This document shows positions 1 to 9,409 of a stretch of 32,000 nt of DNA, in pieces. This DNA comes from Paracoccus suum (GTDB lineage: Bacteria; Pseudomonadota; Alphaproteobacteria; Rhodobacterales; Rhodobacteraceae): positions 1,740,001 to 1,772,000 of the forward strand of contig NZ_CP030918.1 of the NCBI RefSeq assembly GCF_003324675.1. Reading direction: 5' to 3'. Each line of letters begins with the position of its first letter. The first letter of the stretch is position 1. The position numbers and the translations under genes were made by a program. Under the pieces are notes generated by a model, which ran no database searches, was not told where the DNA came from, and saw only the letters and a program-made list of their open reading frames with translations.

Positions 1-316
1 GGGGCAACAGCCCCTCAAACCGCTCCCCCGTCTCGGGTAGTTCGGCCGACACCCGCGGATTGCCGGGATGGACCTCGGCGCCGACATGGTGCGCGACGAG
101 TCGTACGATCCGTTCGCCATCTGCGGGCGCCAGACGCTCGCCTGTGTCGGACAATCCTTCGGACAGCCGGTCGATCCAGAGCCGGCCGTCAGGATTGAGC
201 ATCACCTCGACGATCGACGAATCTTCCAGAAACCGCGCGATGGCCGGTCCAAGGGCTGTGCGCAGCATGCGTGCGCCGCGCGTGATCGCGTCCGATTTCT
301 GGTGAGATGCCGCCAT
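1..316 (-). CDS. trbB: Conjugal transfer ATPase TrbB (VirB11 family), N-terminal ~105 codons; the gene continues beyond the left edge of the window
   Basis: Absent from the ORF track because it runs off the window. My own translation from the ATG at 316 (AAGGGGA 4 nt upstream) gives [51 protein letters not shown]..., which is typical of TrbB/VirB11 N-termini. Track ORFs 68..586(+) and 189..494(-) over the same DNA look like shadow frames. Confidence 0.8.
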   Translation of the reverse strand, partial: MAASHQKSDAITRGARMLRTALGPAIARFLEDSSIVEVMLNPDGRLWIDRLSEGLSDTGERLAPADGERIVRLVAHHVGAEVHPGNPRVSAELPETGERFEGLLP

Positions 317-585
317 GTCGTCCCCTTGCGGCCAGGGACCGTTCAGCCGGCCCTGGATCGGGGACGATTAAAAGAGCCCGAAGTTGGGCTGATTCAACAA
401 GTCTTTGTCGGAGTAGTAGCGTGGCGTGCAAATACAGGAGAATGGCGGTTAAGCTGGAAGCCGCTATGGTCTGCGCCCAGACGCCCGAATCCATACGCCA
501 TGCGCGTTGCTATACCTACCTCTCGCCATGATCGCCCGGTTCACCGGCGTGGTCATTTGCTGAAATTGCCAAGAAAGCATCTTTG

Positions 586-1203
586 ATGAGCAAACTCCCT
601 GTCGCGCCGAAAGGTTGTTCGGAGATCCCAGGCGGCCACATCGCTACCATCGTGACAAATCTTGAGATGTTGCAGAAGCCGTTGCTTCGGCCGGCAACTA
701 TGCCGGAAGACGTCACCTTTGTGCGGATGGTCGATCCTGACCTGAGTGAATACCGGGCATTGTTTCTCAAGGTTGGCGAACGCTGGATGTGGTTCTCCCG
801 GGTGCTGATGGAAGACGGCGCCTTGCGGGAAATTCTGACCAATCCGAAAGTAGAGAGTTTCGAGATCCGTGAGGGGAACGAGGCGATCGGCTTGCTTGAA
901 CTCGATTTCAGTGAACTCGACCAGTGTGAGTTGTCATTTCTTGGTCTCACCGCCGCGGCGACGGGAAAAGGGCTCGGGCGCGCGATCATGAATGTCGCCG
1001 TCGAACAGGCCTGGTCTCGGCAGATCAGGCGATTCTGGGTGCATACTTGCACGTTTGATCATCCAGCAGCGCTCGAATTCTACATTCGAACGGGCTTTAC
1101 GCCCTTCAGTCGGCAACTAGAGGTGGTGCCTGACCCGCGACTGAGCGGTGTCCTACCCATGCACGCTGCACCCCACGTGCCGATCATCCAGCCGCAACCA
1201 TGA
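586..1203 (+). CDS. GNAT-family N-acetyltransferase (cargo)
   Basis: ORF 583..1203 (ATG at 586). GLTAAATGKGLGRAIM resembles the acetyl-CoA-binding Q/R-x-x-G-x-G/A motif, and the C-terminal AALEFYIRTGF is typical of the GNAT fold. Confidence 0.75.
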   Translation: MSKLPVAPKGCSEIPGGHIATIVTNLEMLQKPLLRPATMPEDVTFVRMVDPDLSEYRALFLKVGERWMWFSRVLMEDGALREILTNPKVESFEIREGNEAIGLLELDFSELDQCELSFLGLTAAATGKGLGRAIMNVAVEQAWSRQIRRFWVHTCTFDHPAALEFYIRTGFTPFSRQLEVVPDPRLSGVLPMHAAPHVPIIQPQP

Positions 1204-1400
1204 CCTTCGGACGATTTCGAGCGCAGCATCATGCAACGGGACCGAATTCCCAATCGAAACTTTGTGCCTAAGGTGAGAAGATAGATGTCTGTGGGGAACC
1301 TTCTCTGATGTGGTGGGACGTATATTGCCCACGTCGCTGGAGCGCACATCGTAACCCTCAAATGCGTTGCATCATCGTCGACCTTTAAGGGAATAAGAGG

Positions 1401-2645
1401 ATGCGTTTCTCCATCCACACGCTCGGCACGCGCGGCGACTTTCAGCCTTATCTGGCGCTCTCCCGTGGGCTCAAGGCGCGCGGGCACGAGGTGCTGATTG
1501 TTGCACCAGCTCAATTCGCCGAGATGGCAGCGGCCGAGGGCGTTGCGTTTGCGCCTTTGCCAGCCGAGTTCCTGGATCTGCTCGAAACCGCCGAAGCGAA
1601 AAAGGCTATCGGCAGCTCGGGCGCTGGTTTTGCAGCCGGCTTTAAGCTGCTGCGGTATTATCGCGAGATAGGCCGAAAGCTGCTTGATGCCGAGTGAGAT
1701 GCCGCTCGCATGTTCGCTCCCGAAGCAATCTTGTTCCACCCCAAGGCGCTAGGCGCACCCCATATCGCGGCGAAGCTCGGCGTACCACTCTTCCTCGCAC
1801 CGCCGCTGCCGGGCTTCACCTATACGTCGGCTTTTCCGACACCAATCCTCCCGTTCGGTTCGCTTGGACCGCTCAATCGAATAAGTCATGCCCTGATGAT
1901 CCACGGCGGGCCCACGCTGTTTGCAAAGACGATCCGCGCATGGCGAGCCGAGGCGCTCGGGACCTCCGCTCGCGGCAAAGCGGCTCCGCTGACTGGCACA
2001 CTCTATGGTTACAGTCCGCACGTACTGCAAAAGCCGAAAGACTGGGGCGCAGAGGTTGCAGTGACCGGCTACTGGTTCCTCGATACGCCGGATTGGAAGC
2101 CTGACGCGGAGCTTGCTGATTTCCTCGCGGCTGGCGATCCGCCGATCTATATCGGCTTCGGCAGCATGCCCGGTGTTGATCCGCAACGGCTGGCAAGTCT
2201 CGTGGTCGACGGTTTGAAGCGAGCGGGCAAGCGGGGGTTGCTCGCGACCGCGGGCGGTGCGCTCGGGCAGATCGAGCCGAGTCGGCATATCCATGTCATC
2301 TCGGGCGCTCCGCACGATCGGCTCCTTCCGCTTATGCACGCAACGCTACATCACGGCGGTGCTGGGACCACTGGCGCTGCTTTGCGTTCGGGCAATCCCA
2401 CGGCCATTTGTCCATTTCTCGGTGATCAGCCCTTCTGGGCGCGTCGCGTCGTTGCTCTTGGGGTGGGGCCAAAGCCCCTCGGCAAGGATGCGATGACAGT
2501 AGAGGACCTGGCTTCTGCCTTTCTGGCGATGGACGATGTCGGCATGCGCGCCCGTGCCGCCGAAATTGGAACAGCTATCCGTGCCGAGGATGGGGTCGCG
2601 GCCGCCATCGACTTTATCGAGAGAAAGCTGAACCAAGCCAGATGA
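1401..2645 (+). pseudogene. GT1-family (MGT/UDP-glycosyltransferase-like) glycosyltransferase interrupted by one in-frame TGA at 1695..1697
   Basis: ORFs 1401..1697 and 1710..2645 are in the same frame. The N-terminal part has GTRGDFQPYLALSRGLKARGHEV, and the C-terminal part has the HHGGAGTTGAAL...GDQPFWA nucleotide-sugar signature. Reading through the stop gives LLDAE*DAARMFAPEAILFHPKA, where homologues as I recall them carry a Trp. Confidence 0.75.
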
Positions 2646-2687
2646 CAGCAATGTGCTCAAAAGCCGTCGCTGCCACCCCGCCACTCT

Positions 2688-3110
2688 TCAGCTCTCGCGT
2701 TGATCGTCCGAACCGATATCGTCGGGTATCTCACGCAAGAAGCTCTGACCCTGTTGGAGGCGCCGTCCGATCGTCTCGATAAACCCTTCGTAGCGTTCGC
2801 GGCCCCTCGCCTGCGCAGCTGAGTTGGCGTCGCCGGTCAGCGGCGGCGTGACCGACAGCCAGAAGCGAACGTATAGGGCAAGCGTCTCGGCCGTGATGCC
2901 GAGATCGCGTTCGATGCGGTGGATCTGCCTGGTCATGCGGTCGAGACGGCGTGTGAGGGCGGCTTCGCGCTTGTCTGCTCCATCAGGCGAAAGAAACGAT
3001 GCGACCGCAGCCTCGACGATCGCCGAGCGCGAGATCTTCTTGCGGTCCGCGAGGTCGGCGATCTGGCGCAGCATCTCAGGCGGAAAGTACACATTCATGC
3101 GGTCGCGCAT
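2688..3110 (-). CDS. Ribbon-helix-helix (CopG-like) protein downstream of traG
   Basis: MNVYFPPEMLRQIADLADRKKISRSAIVEAAVASFL fits a beta-strand/helix/helix RHH pattern. The start lies 3 nt after the traG stop. Confidence 0.7.
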   Translation of the reverse strand: MRDRMNVYFPPEMLRQIADLADRKKISRSAIVEAAVASFLSPDGADKREAALTRRLDRMTRQIHRIERDLGITAETLALYVRFWLSVTPPLTGDANSAAQARGRERYEGFIETIGRRLQQGQSFLREIPDDIGSDDQRES

Positions 3111-3113
3111 GGC

Positions 3114-5105
3114 TCAGAGCTCCATATTGTCGTTGGGGTCCATGGAGACCTGGCGGGCGATTCCAGTCATGTGGCGGCGAAGCGCTTGCCGTTGGCGCGC
3201 GGCGTCCTCGGGTTCGTCGTCGAGCAGAGCTTTGAACTCGTCGGCAGGGTTCGGATCGGTCGTTTCCTTGACGATGGCGACATGATCGGGAAGCTCGGGT
3301 TCTCGACGAAGGCCGCTATTGGCCGCGTCTTGCTCGGCCTTCTGGATCTCGGCGAGCAGCGCAGCGTCCGGCGCCTGCGGCTTCAGCTCTGTCCAGGCGT
3401 CCTTGCGCGTCGTGCGACTGGTTTGGGCCGGGTCCGGCGGGGGCAGTACGCGCTCGACGAAGCGCTTGTCCTCGAAGTAGCGCGCCTTGTTGGCCCGGAT
3501 CGGCGGGGTAGCCGCCAACATGACGATTTCATCGTTGGGCGGAAGCTGCATGATCTCACCGGGGGTCAGCAGCGGACGCGCGGTTTCAGAGCGCGACACC
3601 ATGAGATGACCGAGCCAGGGCGACAGACGGTGCCCGGCGTAGTTTTTCATCGCCTTCATTTCGGTGGCTGTGCCGAGCGCATCCGAGACGCGCTTTGCGG
3701 TGCGCTCGTCATTGGTCGCAAAGCTCACGCGGACATGGCAGTTGTCGAGGATCGAGTTATTGGCGCCGTAGGCCTTTTCGATCTGGTTGAGCGACTGGGC
3801 GATGAGGAAGGCTTTCATGCCGTAGCCGGCCATGAAGGCGAGCGCGCTTTCGAAGAAGTCGAGGCGGCCGAGAGCCGGAAACTCGTCGAGCATCATCAGC
3901 ACGCGGTGCCGCCGGGCCTTGGTGTGCAGATCCTCGGTCAGGCGGCGACCGATCTGGTTGAGCACAAGCCGGATCAACGGCTTGGTGCGCGAGATGTCGG
4001 ATGGCGGGACCACCAGGTAGAGGGTGGCCGGCAGCGCGTCCTCGATCAGGTCGGCGATGCGCCAGTCGCAGCGGCGTGTCACTTCAGCAACAACGGGATC
4101 GCGGTACAGGCCCAGAAAGGACATGGCGGTGGACAGGACGCCGGAGCGCTCGTTGTCGGATTTGTTGAGCAGTTCGCGGGCCGTTGAAGCGATGACGGGG
4201 TGGGGGCCGGCCTCGCCGAGATGTGGCGTGGTCATCATCGCCGCCAGCGTGGTCTCGATCGGGCGCTTCGGGTCGGACAGGAAACCTGCGACGCCGGCAA
4301 GGGTCTTGTCCTTCTCGGCATAGAGGACGTGAAGGATGGCGCCGACCAGCAAAGAGTGACTGGTCTTTTCCCAGTGATTGCGTTTCTCCAGCGAACCCTC
4401 GGGGTCGACCAGGACGTCAGCGACGTTCTGGACGTCGCGCACCTCCCACTCGCCGCGCCGCACTTCGAGCAGAGGATTGTAGGCGGCCGATTTCGGATTG
4501 GTGGGGTCGAATAGCAGCACCCGACCGTGCTTCGAGCGGAAGCCGGCGGTGAGCTGCCAGTTTTCGCCCTTGATGTCGTGAACGACGACGGAGCCCGGCC
4601 AGGTCAGCAGGGTTGGCACGACGAGGCCGACACCCTTGCCGGATCGGGTCGGAGCAAAACACAGAACATGCTCCGGTCCGTCGTGGCGAAGATAGTCACG
4701 ATCGAGCTTACCGAGGACGACGCCGTCAGGGTTGAGCAGGCCAGCCGCCTTCACCTCCTGCGGCTTCGCCCATCGAGCCGAGCCATAGGTTTCGATGTTC
4801 TTCTGTTCGCGAGCGCGCCACACCGACATGCCGATGGCGACCGCGATGGCGATGAAGCCGCCTGATGCGGCGATGACGCCGCCCTTGGCGAACACGCCCG
4901 GCGCATATGCGTCGAAGAAGTACCACCACCAGAAGATTGCAGGGGGATAATAGATCGGCGTCCCGGCAAGCTCGAACCATGGTGTGCCGAGCTGGGCCTG
5001 ATAGCCAAGTTGCCAGGCGACATATTGCGTCGCGCCCCAGGTGGTGAGGAGGATGATCAGAAAGACGGTGAGGATCTGGCCCCAGAGGATTTTGGTGGCG
5101 GACAT
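3114..5105 (-). CDS. traG: Type IV coupling protein TraG (VirD4 family)
   Basis: 663 aa with N-terminal TM helices (MSATKILWGQILTVFLIILL...), Walker A APTRSGKGVGLVVPT and Walker B-like VLMMLDEFPALG. Confidence 0.95.
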   Translation of the reverse strand: MSATKILWGQILTVFLIILLTTWGATQYVAWQLGYQAQLGTPWFELAGTPIYYPPAIFWWWYFFDAYAPGVFAKGGVIAASGGFIAIAVAIGMSVWRAREQKNIETYGSARWAKPQEVKAAGLLNPDGVVLGKLDRDYLRHDGPEHVLCFAPTRSGKGVGLVVPTLLTWPGSVVVHDIKGENWQLTAGFRSKHGRVLLFDPTNPKSAAYNPLLEVRRGEWEVRDVQNVADVLVDPEGSLEKRNHWEKTSHSLLVGAILHVLYAEKDKTLAGVAGFLSDPKRPIETTLAAMMTTPHLGEAGPHPVIASTARELLNKSDNERSGVLSTAMSFLGLYRDPVVAEVTRRCDWRIADLIEDALPATLYLVVPPSDISRTKPLIRLVLNQIGRRLTEDLHTKARRHRVLMMLDEFPALGRLDFFESALAFMAGYGMKAFLIAQSLNQIEKAYGANNSILDNCHVRVSFATNDERTAKRVSDALGTATEMKAMKNYAGHRLSPWLGHLMVSRSETARPLLTPGEIMQLPPNDEIVMLAATPPIRANKARYFEDKRFVERVLPPPDPAQTSRTTRKDAWTELKPQAPDAALLAEIQKAEQDAANSGLRREPELPDHVAIVKETTDPNPADEFKALLDDEPEDAARQRQALRRHMTGIARQVSMDPNDNMEL

Positions 5106-5135
5106 TCGCCGGGTCCTTTCTTGCTGCTTGTGGTG

Positions 5136-6899
5136 CTAGAGGCCCAGGCCGCGCTGGCGACCCAGGCTCCACTCGATGCCGCCATGCCCCTTGGCGACGC
5201 CGGCGATATGCTGGCCGAGCTTCTTTTCGAGCGGCGGTGTCCAGGGCACGAGCTGGAAGCCGAGCCCATTGTCGATCATGGCGAAGCGGCCCGAGGTGAG
5301 CGCGATACGCTGGCGATAGACACCGGCGACATGCTCGCCGGCCTGCGCTTTCTGGTACGGCAGTCCGTGTTCGCTCTGGAGCTTCGTGCCAACGGCATCG
5401 AGCTCGCGCTGTCGCAGCGTATTGAGGAGATCGCGTTGCAGCAGGATGCGTTGGCCCTGCCGGCGGGCAAGGCCTTCATCGGCTAGATGCTCGGCGCGCG
5501 CCTGCATGGCGTCGCGCACCTCGGCGCCGAAGCCTCCCATCGACATGGGCATCGCCTCGCGCTCAACCAGGCGATGATCCAGCCAGGTCGCGCCCGGCGC
5601 CGTGATCTGGCGGTTGAGATCGAAGTCCGATCGGTTGGCGAGCGCCAGCGTCGGCCGGGGATCGTCGGGGCCGCCGAAGCGACGTACCTCGACGATGCCG
5701 CCAATCGGGGGCGCATGCTCGAAGGCCTCGATCCCGCGGAAGCGGACATGGTGCGCGCGGCCGTCCGTGCCGTCGATCACGGCATAGGCTTCGCCGGTCA
5801 GCTCGTCATGCAGGCCGCGATCGACCAGGCGGCCAATAACGGGTGAACCCGCCCCGCCGCCGTCGATCGTGTAATCGCTGACGCCGCGATCCTGACCACG
5901 CTCGGTGAAGGCGCGGTGCATGGTCTTGATGATGTCGCCGCGAATGCCGAGATCGCGCAGTGTGCGTTCGGCCTGCAGCCCGACGGTCCATTCCCCTGGA
6001 GCGCCTTGTGCCGCGAGCTCCATCCTTTCGAGATGCTGGAGTCTGCCGATCATCAGGCGGCGCAGCGAGGGATCGGTCTTGCGGTTCGCCTCGGGGCGCA
6101 GGTCGATAAAGCCGGTCTCGTCGGCGGCGATGCGGATTTCAACATCGAGCCGTGTCCAGCGCTCGGCGGTGACTTCCTTTTCCAGCGCGTTGCGGATTTC
6201 ATGTTCGGGCTTGGGGCCGAGTTCGATGGAGACAAGATCCTCGGCGCGGGAGCGCAGGCCGCGGCTGATGTAATCGCGCGAGATGACCAGATCGGCGCCG
6301 GTCTCGTCGACGCCGCGCACAAGCAAATGCACATGCGGATTGTCGGTGTTCCAGTGATCGACGGCGACCCAGTCGAGCTTGGTGCCCAGATCCGATTCCA
6401 TCTGGTTGGCGAGGTCGCGGGTGAACTCTCGCAGATCGGTCATGTCCCCCGCGTCTTCGGGCGAGACGATGAATCGAAAATGATGCCGGTCATCCCTGCA
6501 TCGGTCGGAGAAGGCGAGATCGTCGGCGCGCTCGTTCGTCGCGTCGAACAAGACCCCCTTCTCCCCATCACGGCTGACGCCTTCGCGCTTCAGGTAGGAC
6601 ACATGAGCCGAGAGTGGCGCGGAGCGGAATGACGTGCCCTGATGGCGGACCACGCGCGCCTTGATGACGACACGGCGCGAAGCGCTGAATATGCGCGAAC
6701 GGCTGAAGCTGGTGCGTCCACGCCCGAAGGTTGAATGACCACGGCCGGCGCTTCTCTTGGCGGTCTGCCCTTCGCCAGAGCTGTGCCCGGCCTTCTTCGA
6801 GGCCCTCAGCACTTGATTGATGAAGCTCTTGGACTTGGGTGCGCGCGTGGATTTGATGCGTCCTGGGCGGACGCGGAAATCGCTGTCGCCCTCGCTCAT
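5136..6899 (-). CDS. Relaxase/mobilisation nuclease (VirD2/MOBP-like with a DUF3363-type C-terminal region)
   Basis: His-triad motif HWNTDNPHVHLLVRG, Tyr region AHVSYLKREGV and conserved N-terminus MSEGDSDFRVRPGRIK preceded by GGGAGG. The track ORF extends to 7019, but that extension has no SD and does not look protein-like. Confidence 0.9.
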   Translation of the reverse strand: MSEGDSDFRVRPGRIKSTRAPKSKSFINQVLRASKKAGHSSGEGQTAKRSAGRGHSTFGRGRTSFSRSRIFSASRRVVIKARVVRHQGTSFRSAPLSAHVSYLKREGVSRDGEKGVLFDATNERADDLAFSDRCRDDRHHFRFIVSPEDAGDMTDLREFTRDLANQMESDLGTKLDWVAVDHWNTDNPHVHLLVRGVDETGADLVISRDYISRGLRSRAEDLVSIELGPKPEHEIRNALEKEVTAERWTRLDVEIRIAADETGFIDLRPEANRKTDPSLRRLMIGRLQHLERMELAAQGAPGEWTVGLQAERTLRDLGIRGDIIKTMHRAFTERGQDRGVSDYTIDGGGAGSPVIGRLVDRGLHDELTGEAYAVIDGTDGRAHHVRFRGIEAFEHAPPIGGIVEVRRFGGPDDPRPTLALANRSDFDLNRQITAPGATWLDHRLVEREAMPMSMGGFGAEVRDAMQARAEHLADEGLARRQGQRILLQRDLLNTLRQRELDAVGTKLQSEHGLPYQKAQAGEHVAGVYRQRIALTSGRFAMIDNGLGFQLVPWTPPLEKKLGQHIAGVAKGHGGIEWSLGRQRGLGL

Positions 6900-7149
6900 G
6901 GGAGGGCCTCCCGAGACGGCGCGAAGGCGCACAGTGCCGAAAACACTGTTGAAATCGCTGGGTAAAACAGCAGTCGCGGCACGCGACCCGACCGACCAGC
7001 ACGCCAAAAGCCAAGCCATGTCAATGGCTTGTGCGAATATGGCGAGGCCCTTTTATCTCGCCGTCCTGCTGTCGTTGCTCTCTGCTCCTCCCACCCTTGC
7101 GCACAACGCTCTCTGGAACACGCCAAGCTGCGCCATGATGCGAACCGGC
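6900..7149 (+). promoter_or_regulatory. Candidate oriT / rlx promoter region
   Basis: 250-bp gap directly upstream of the relaxase gene. Inverted repeats GTCGCG-GCA-CGCGAC (6973..6987) and CAAGCCAT-GTCA-ATGGCTTG (7012..7031). Plus-strand GTCCTGC (7063..7069) resembles the MOBP nic core ATCCTG/C. Confidence 0.35.
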
Positions 7150-7935
7150 TCATTGCGGGTCTCCATCGTCGGCACGGGCAACGAAAATGCTGCCGCTTTG
7201 CACAGAATTGGCGGGACCTTCGCCCGATGACGGCGCAGTCCGGGCGTCGTTGTCTTGCGGTTCGGATACCATTTTGCGCGCATCCAGACCGTGGGCTGAC
7301 GGCGTGACGAAGAGCGGAGCTCGTCGCCAAGCGTGCGGATCGGCGGCGGCAACATCGACGGTCCCCGGTGCGGGTGGCGACAGGTGAGCCCCGCCGATCA
7401 ATGGCGCGAGCGTGGCGACATAGGCGCGGGTTTCTGCCGGAAGGGGGCGGCCCGCGAGGTATTCCTCATAGCGTCCGGGTCCAGCGTTATAGGCTCCAAG
7501 AAAGCCCGGCGATCCGTAGCTATCGTACATTTCGCGCAGATAGGCCGTACCAGCGATGATGTTGTCGCGCGGGTCGAACGGATCGCGTCCAAGGCCATAA
7601 CGGACGCGCAATTCCGCCCAAGTGGCGGGCATGACCTGCATCAGGCCCATTGCTCCCGCCGATGAGACGGCGCGCGCGTCATCGGCGCTTTCGACGCGGC
7701 GCACCGACCTGATCCAGTGTTCGGGAATACCGAAACGCTGTGAGGCTTCGGTCACGAAGGCGGCGTGAGGATCGTGGGTTGGCTGCGCGATCGACGGAGC
7801 GCTCTGCGCCAGTACGGCGAGCGGCGGCGCGGCGGAAACAGACAGGCCGGAAAGGAGGAAGAGGATGATGCACCGGGCAGCGCGAGGCCGCCCGGTTGAC
7901 ATCGGCGATGCGGGGGTCGTGCGAGCGATCCGCAT
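7150..7935 (-). CDS. Lytic transglycosylase (SLT domain) with signal peptide
   Basis: VESADDARAVSSAGAMGLMQVMPATW and AYNAGPGRY motifs; N-terminal hydrophobic signal (alternative start at 7902). Confidence 0.9.
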   Translation of the reverse strand: MRIARTTPASPMSTGRPRAARCIILFLLSGLSVSAAPPLAVLAQSAPSIAQPTHDPHAAFVTEASQRFGIPEHWIRSVRRVESADDARAVSSAGAMGLMQVMPATWAELRVRYGLGRDPFDPRDNIIAGTAYLREMYDSYGSPGFLGAYNAGPGRYEEYLAGRPLPAETRAYVATLAPLIGGAHLSPPAPGTVDVAAADPHAWRRAPLFVTPSAHGLDARKMVSEPQDNDARTAPSSGEGPANSVQSGSIFVARADDGDPQ

Positions 7936-7938
7936 GCG

Positions 7939-8277
7939 CTATTCCCGTTCGCCGCGCTTCTGAGGGCGGCTCCAGTGCAAAGACCAGGAGGTCGTATCAG
8001 CCCCGTTCTGGAACAGGCGGGCACGGATCGGCTGCGCAAAGCTGGGGTCGTCGATCAGCAGTGACAGATATTCACCAGCCTTTTCGCTGGACTCCGTCCA
8101 GGCCGCGCCGATCTCCGGTGCGTTGTCATCCGCGCCGTGATGGACGCGGTAGCTCGGCGCGTTCTCGACGTCCGAGGGATCGACGGGAACGATGGTGATC
8201 TCGCGAAATAGGGTGAGCGTATGAATGCGGCCGGTGAAGCCGGATTCCTCGCGGGTGAATTCGCCGATTTGCGGCAT
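7939..8277 (-). CDS. DUF736 family protein
   Basis: MPQIGEFTREESGFTGRIHTLTL...APSYRVH...IGAAWTE...GEYLSLLIDDPSFAQPIRARLF is the characteristic DUF736 pattern found in conjugative elements. Confidence 0.85.
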   Translation of the reverse strand: MPQIGEFTREESGFTGRIHTLTLFREITIVPVDPSDVENAPSYRVHHGADDNAPEIGAAWTESSEKAGEYLSLLIDDPSFAQPIRARLFQNGADTTSWSLHWSRPQKRGERE

Positions 8278-8345
8278 GGCGGTTTCCTTTCAAGATGCGG
8301 TGGAGAAGGATTGGGCGAGCAGCGCGCCCGCCCCAGGCGAAGCGA

Positions 8346-8891
8346 TCACCGCGTTGGCGCCCGCCATTCGAAGCGGCCGTGGCCGTCCTCGTCGGTCCAC
8401 AAGGGAACCGCGCGGCCGATGACGGCGCTGGCCGGGATCGGGCCGAAGTAGCGGCCGTCCAGACTGTCGGGAACGTCCCAGTTCATGAGGAAGACCTCGC
8501 CGTCCGCGACGATCCGGCAGCCCTGCCAATCGGGGAGCGGGCGGTCGATTCGGTCGCGTTGGAGAGCCGTTCCCATCGCGACGCCGTCGACACTGATCAG
8601 GACGCCGGAGCGGCAGACGGTCTGCCCGGGAAGGCCGAGGACCCGTTTTAGGAGTGGCGTGTCGCGCGGCAGGTATCCGCCGTCGGCGAGAAAGCTCGCA
8701 ATCGGTTCCGGCGCAGTGACGGCGACCAGATCGGTGACTTCGAGCCGCTTTGCAGGTTCGACCGAATAGAAACCGATCGGGGTGCTGGCCGAGGCATTCC
8801 AGATGAGTTTGGTGGGGGCGTCGATCCACGTCGTCACGGCGATCGCGCTGGACGCTACGAACGTCGCCATGGCCCATTTGAGGTCGGTCAT
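8346..8891 (-). CDS. traF: S26-family conjugative signal peptidase TraF
   Basis: N-terminal TM segment, NASASTPIGFY serine region and DSLDGRYFGPIP box. ATGA overlap with the upstream gene. Confidence 0.9.
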   Translation of the reverse strand: MTDLKWAMATFVASSAIAVTTWIDAPTKLIWNASASTPIGFYSVEPAKRLEVTDLVAVTAPEPIASFLADGGYLPRDTPLLKRVLGLPGQTVCRSGVLISVDGVAMGTALQRDRIDRPLPDWQGCRIVADGEVFLMNWDVPDSLDGRYFGPIPASAVIGRAVPLWTDEDGHGRFEWRAPTR

Positions 8892-9409
8892 GGCACGATC
8901 CTCCGGCGCTTAAGCCACGCCTGGTGCTGATCGCGCGAGTAGCGGCGTGCGTCCTGGCCGGCGCTCAGTCGGTTGTGTACATGCCGCCAATAGTCTGGCG
9001 CGGCGTCGGCCGGATCGAGCGAAAGGGCCTCGATCGCGTCGATGAGCTGCAGCACGCGTTCGACCTTCGGCCAGCTTTCGATCTTGAGCAGGATGTCGCC
9101 GCCGGGGCGCACAAAGGGCAGCGTCTGATAGGACTCGCCGGGCGTGATGGCGCGCACGATATCGATGCGCGAGATGATCGTGCCGAAGTCGTTGGACGCC
9201 CACCGGACGAAGGCGAAAGTCGTGCCGGGCCTGAACGAGAGGACGCGGCGGCGGCGATCAAGGATCGTCTCCTGCACGTCTTGACCGAACCTGATCCAGT
9301 ATTCGATCTGCTTTTCCACCCATGTCAGCTCGACGTGGGTGAGACGGTCGGTTTGGAAAGACGACGGCATCGAGCCGCCGCGCATGCGGGGGGCCGCGAT
9401 GCCGGTCAT
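8888..9409 (-). CDS. DUF2840 family protein
   Basis: LTHVELTWVEKQIEYWIRFG...FAFVRWASNDFGT...LPFVRPGGDILL is a typical DUF2840 sequence. ATGA overlaps at both ends. Confidence 0.8.
   Translation of the reverse strand: MTGIAAPRMRGGSMPSSFQTDRLTHVELTWVEKQIEYWIRFGQDVQETILDRRRRVLSFRPGTTFAFVRWASNDFGTIISRIDIVRAITPGESYQTLPFVRPGGDILLKIESWPKVERVLQLIDAIEALSLDPADAAPDYWRHVHNRLSAGQDARRYSRDQHQAWLKRRRIVP

Noticed and set aside
68-586. Track ORFs 68..586(+) and 189..494(-)
   Set aside because: The same DNA encodes a convincing TrbB N-terminus on the minus strand in another frame. These ORFs have junk-like composition.
1695-1697. In-frame TGA as selenocysteine or programmed readthrough
   Set aside because: No SECIS-like hairpin is obvious immediately downstream, and GT1 transferases are not known selenoproteins. 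The position most likely corresponds to Trp, so a nonsense mutation is the simpler reading.
2919-4187. 422-aa plus ORF, together with similar long antisense or out-of-frame ORFs at 15221..16255, 21138..22202, 26440..28197 and 17104..18198(-)
   Set aside because: All overlap strongly supported minus-strand genes (traG, DUF2493, helicase, parB-like) and have low-complexity Arg/Gly/Ala-rich translations without motifs.
6900-7019. N-terminal 40-codon extension of the relaxase ORF
   Set aside because: It has no SD. The family-typical N-terminus begins at the Met at 6899, which has a GGGAGG SD, and the extension covers the hairpin-rich candidate oriT.
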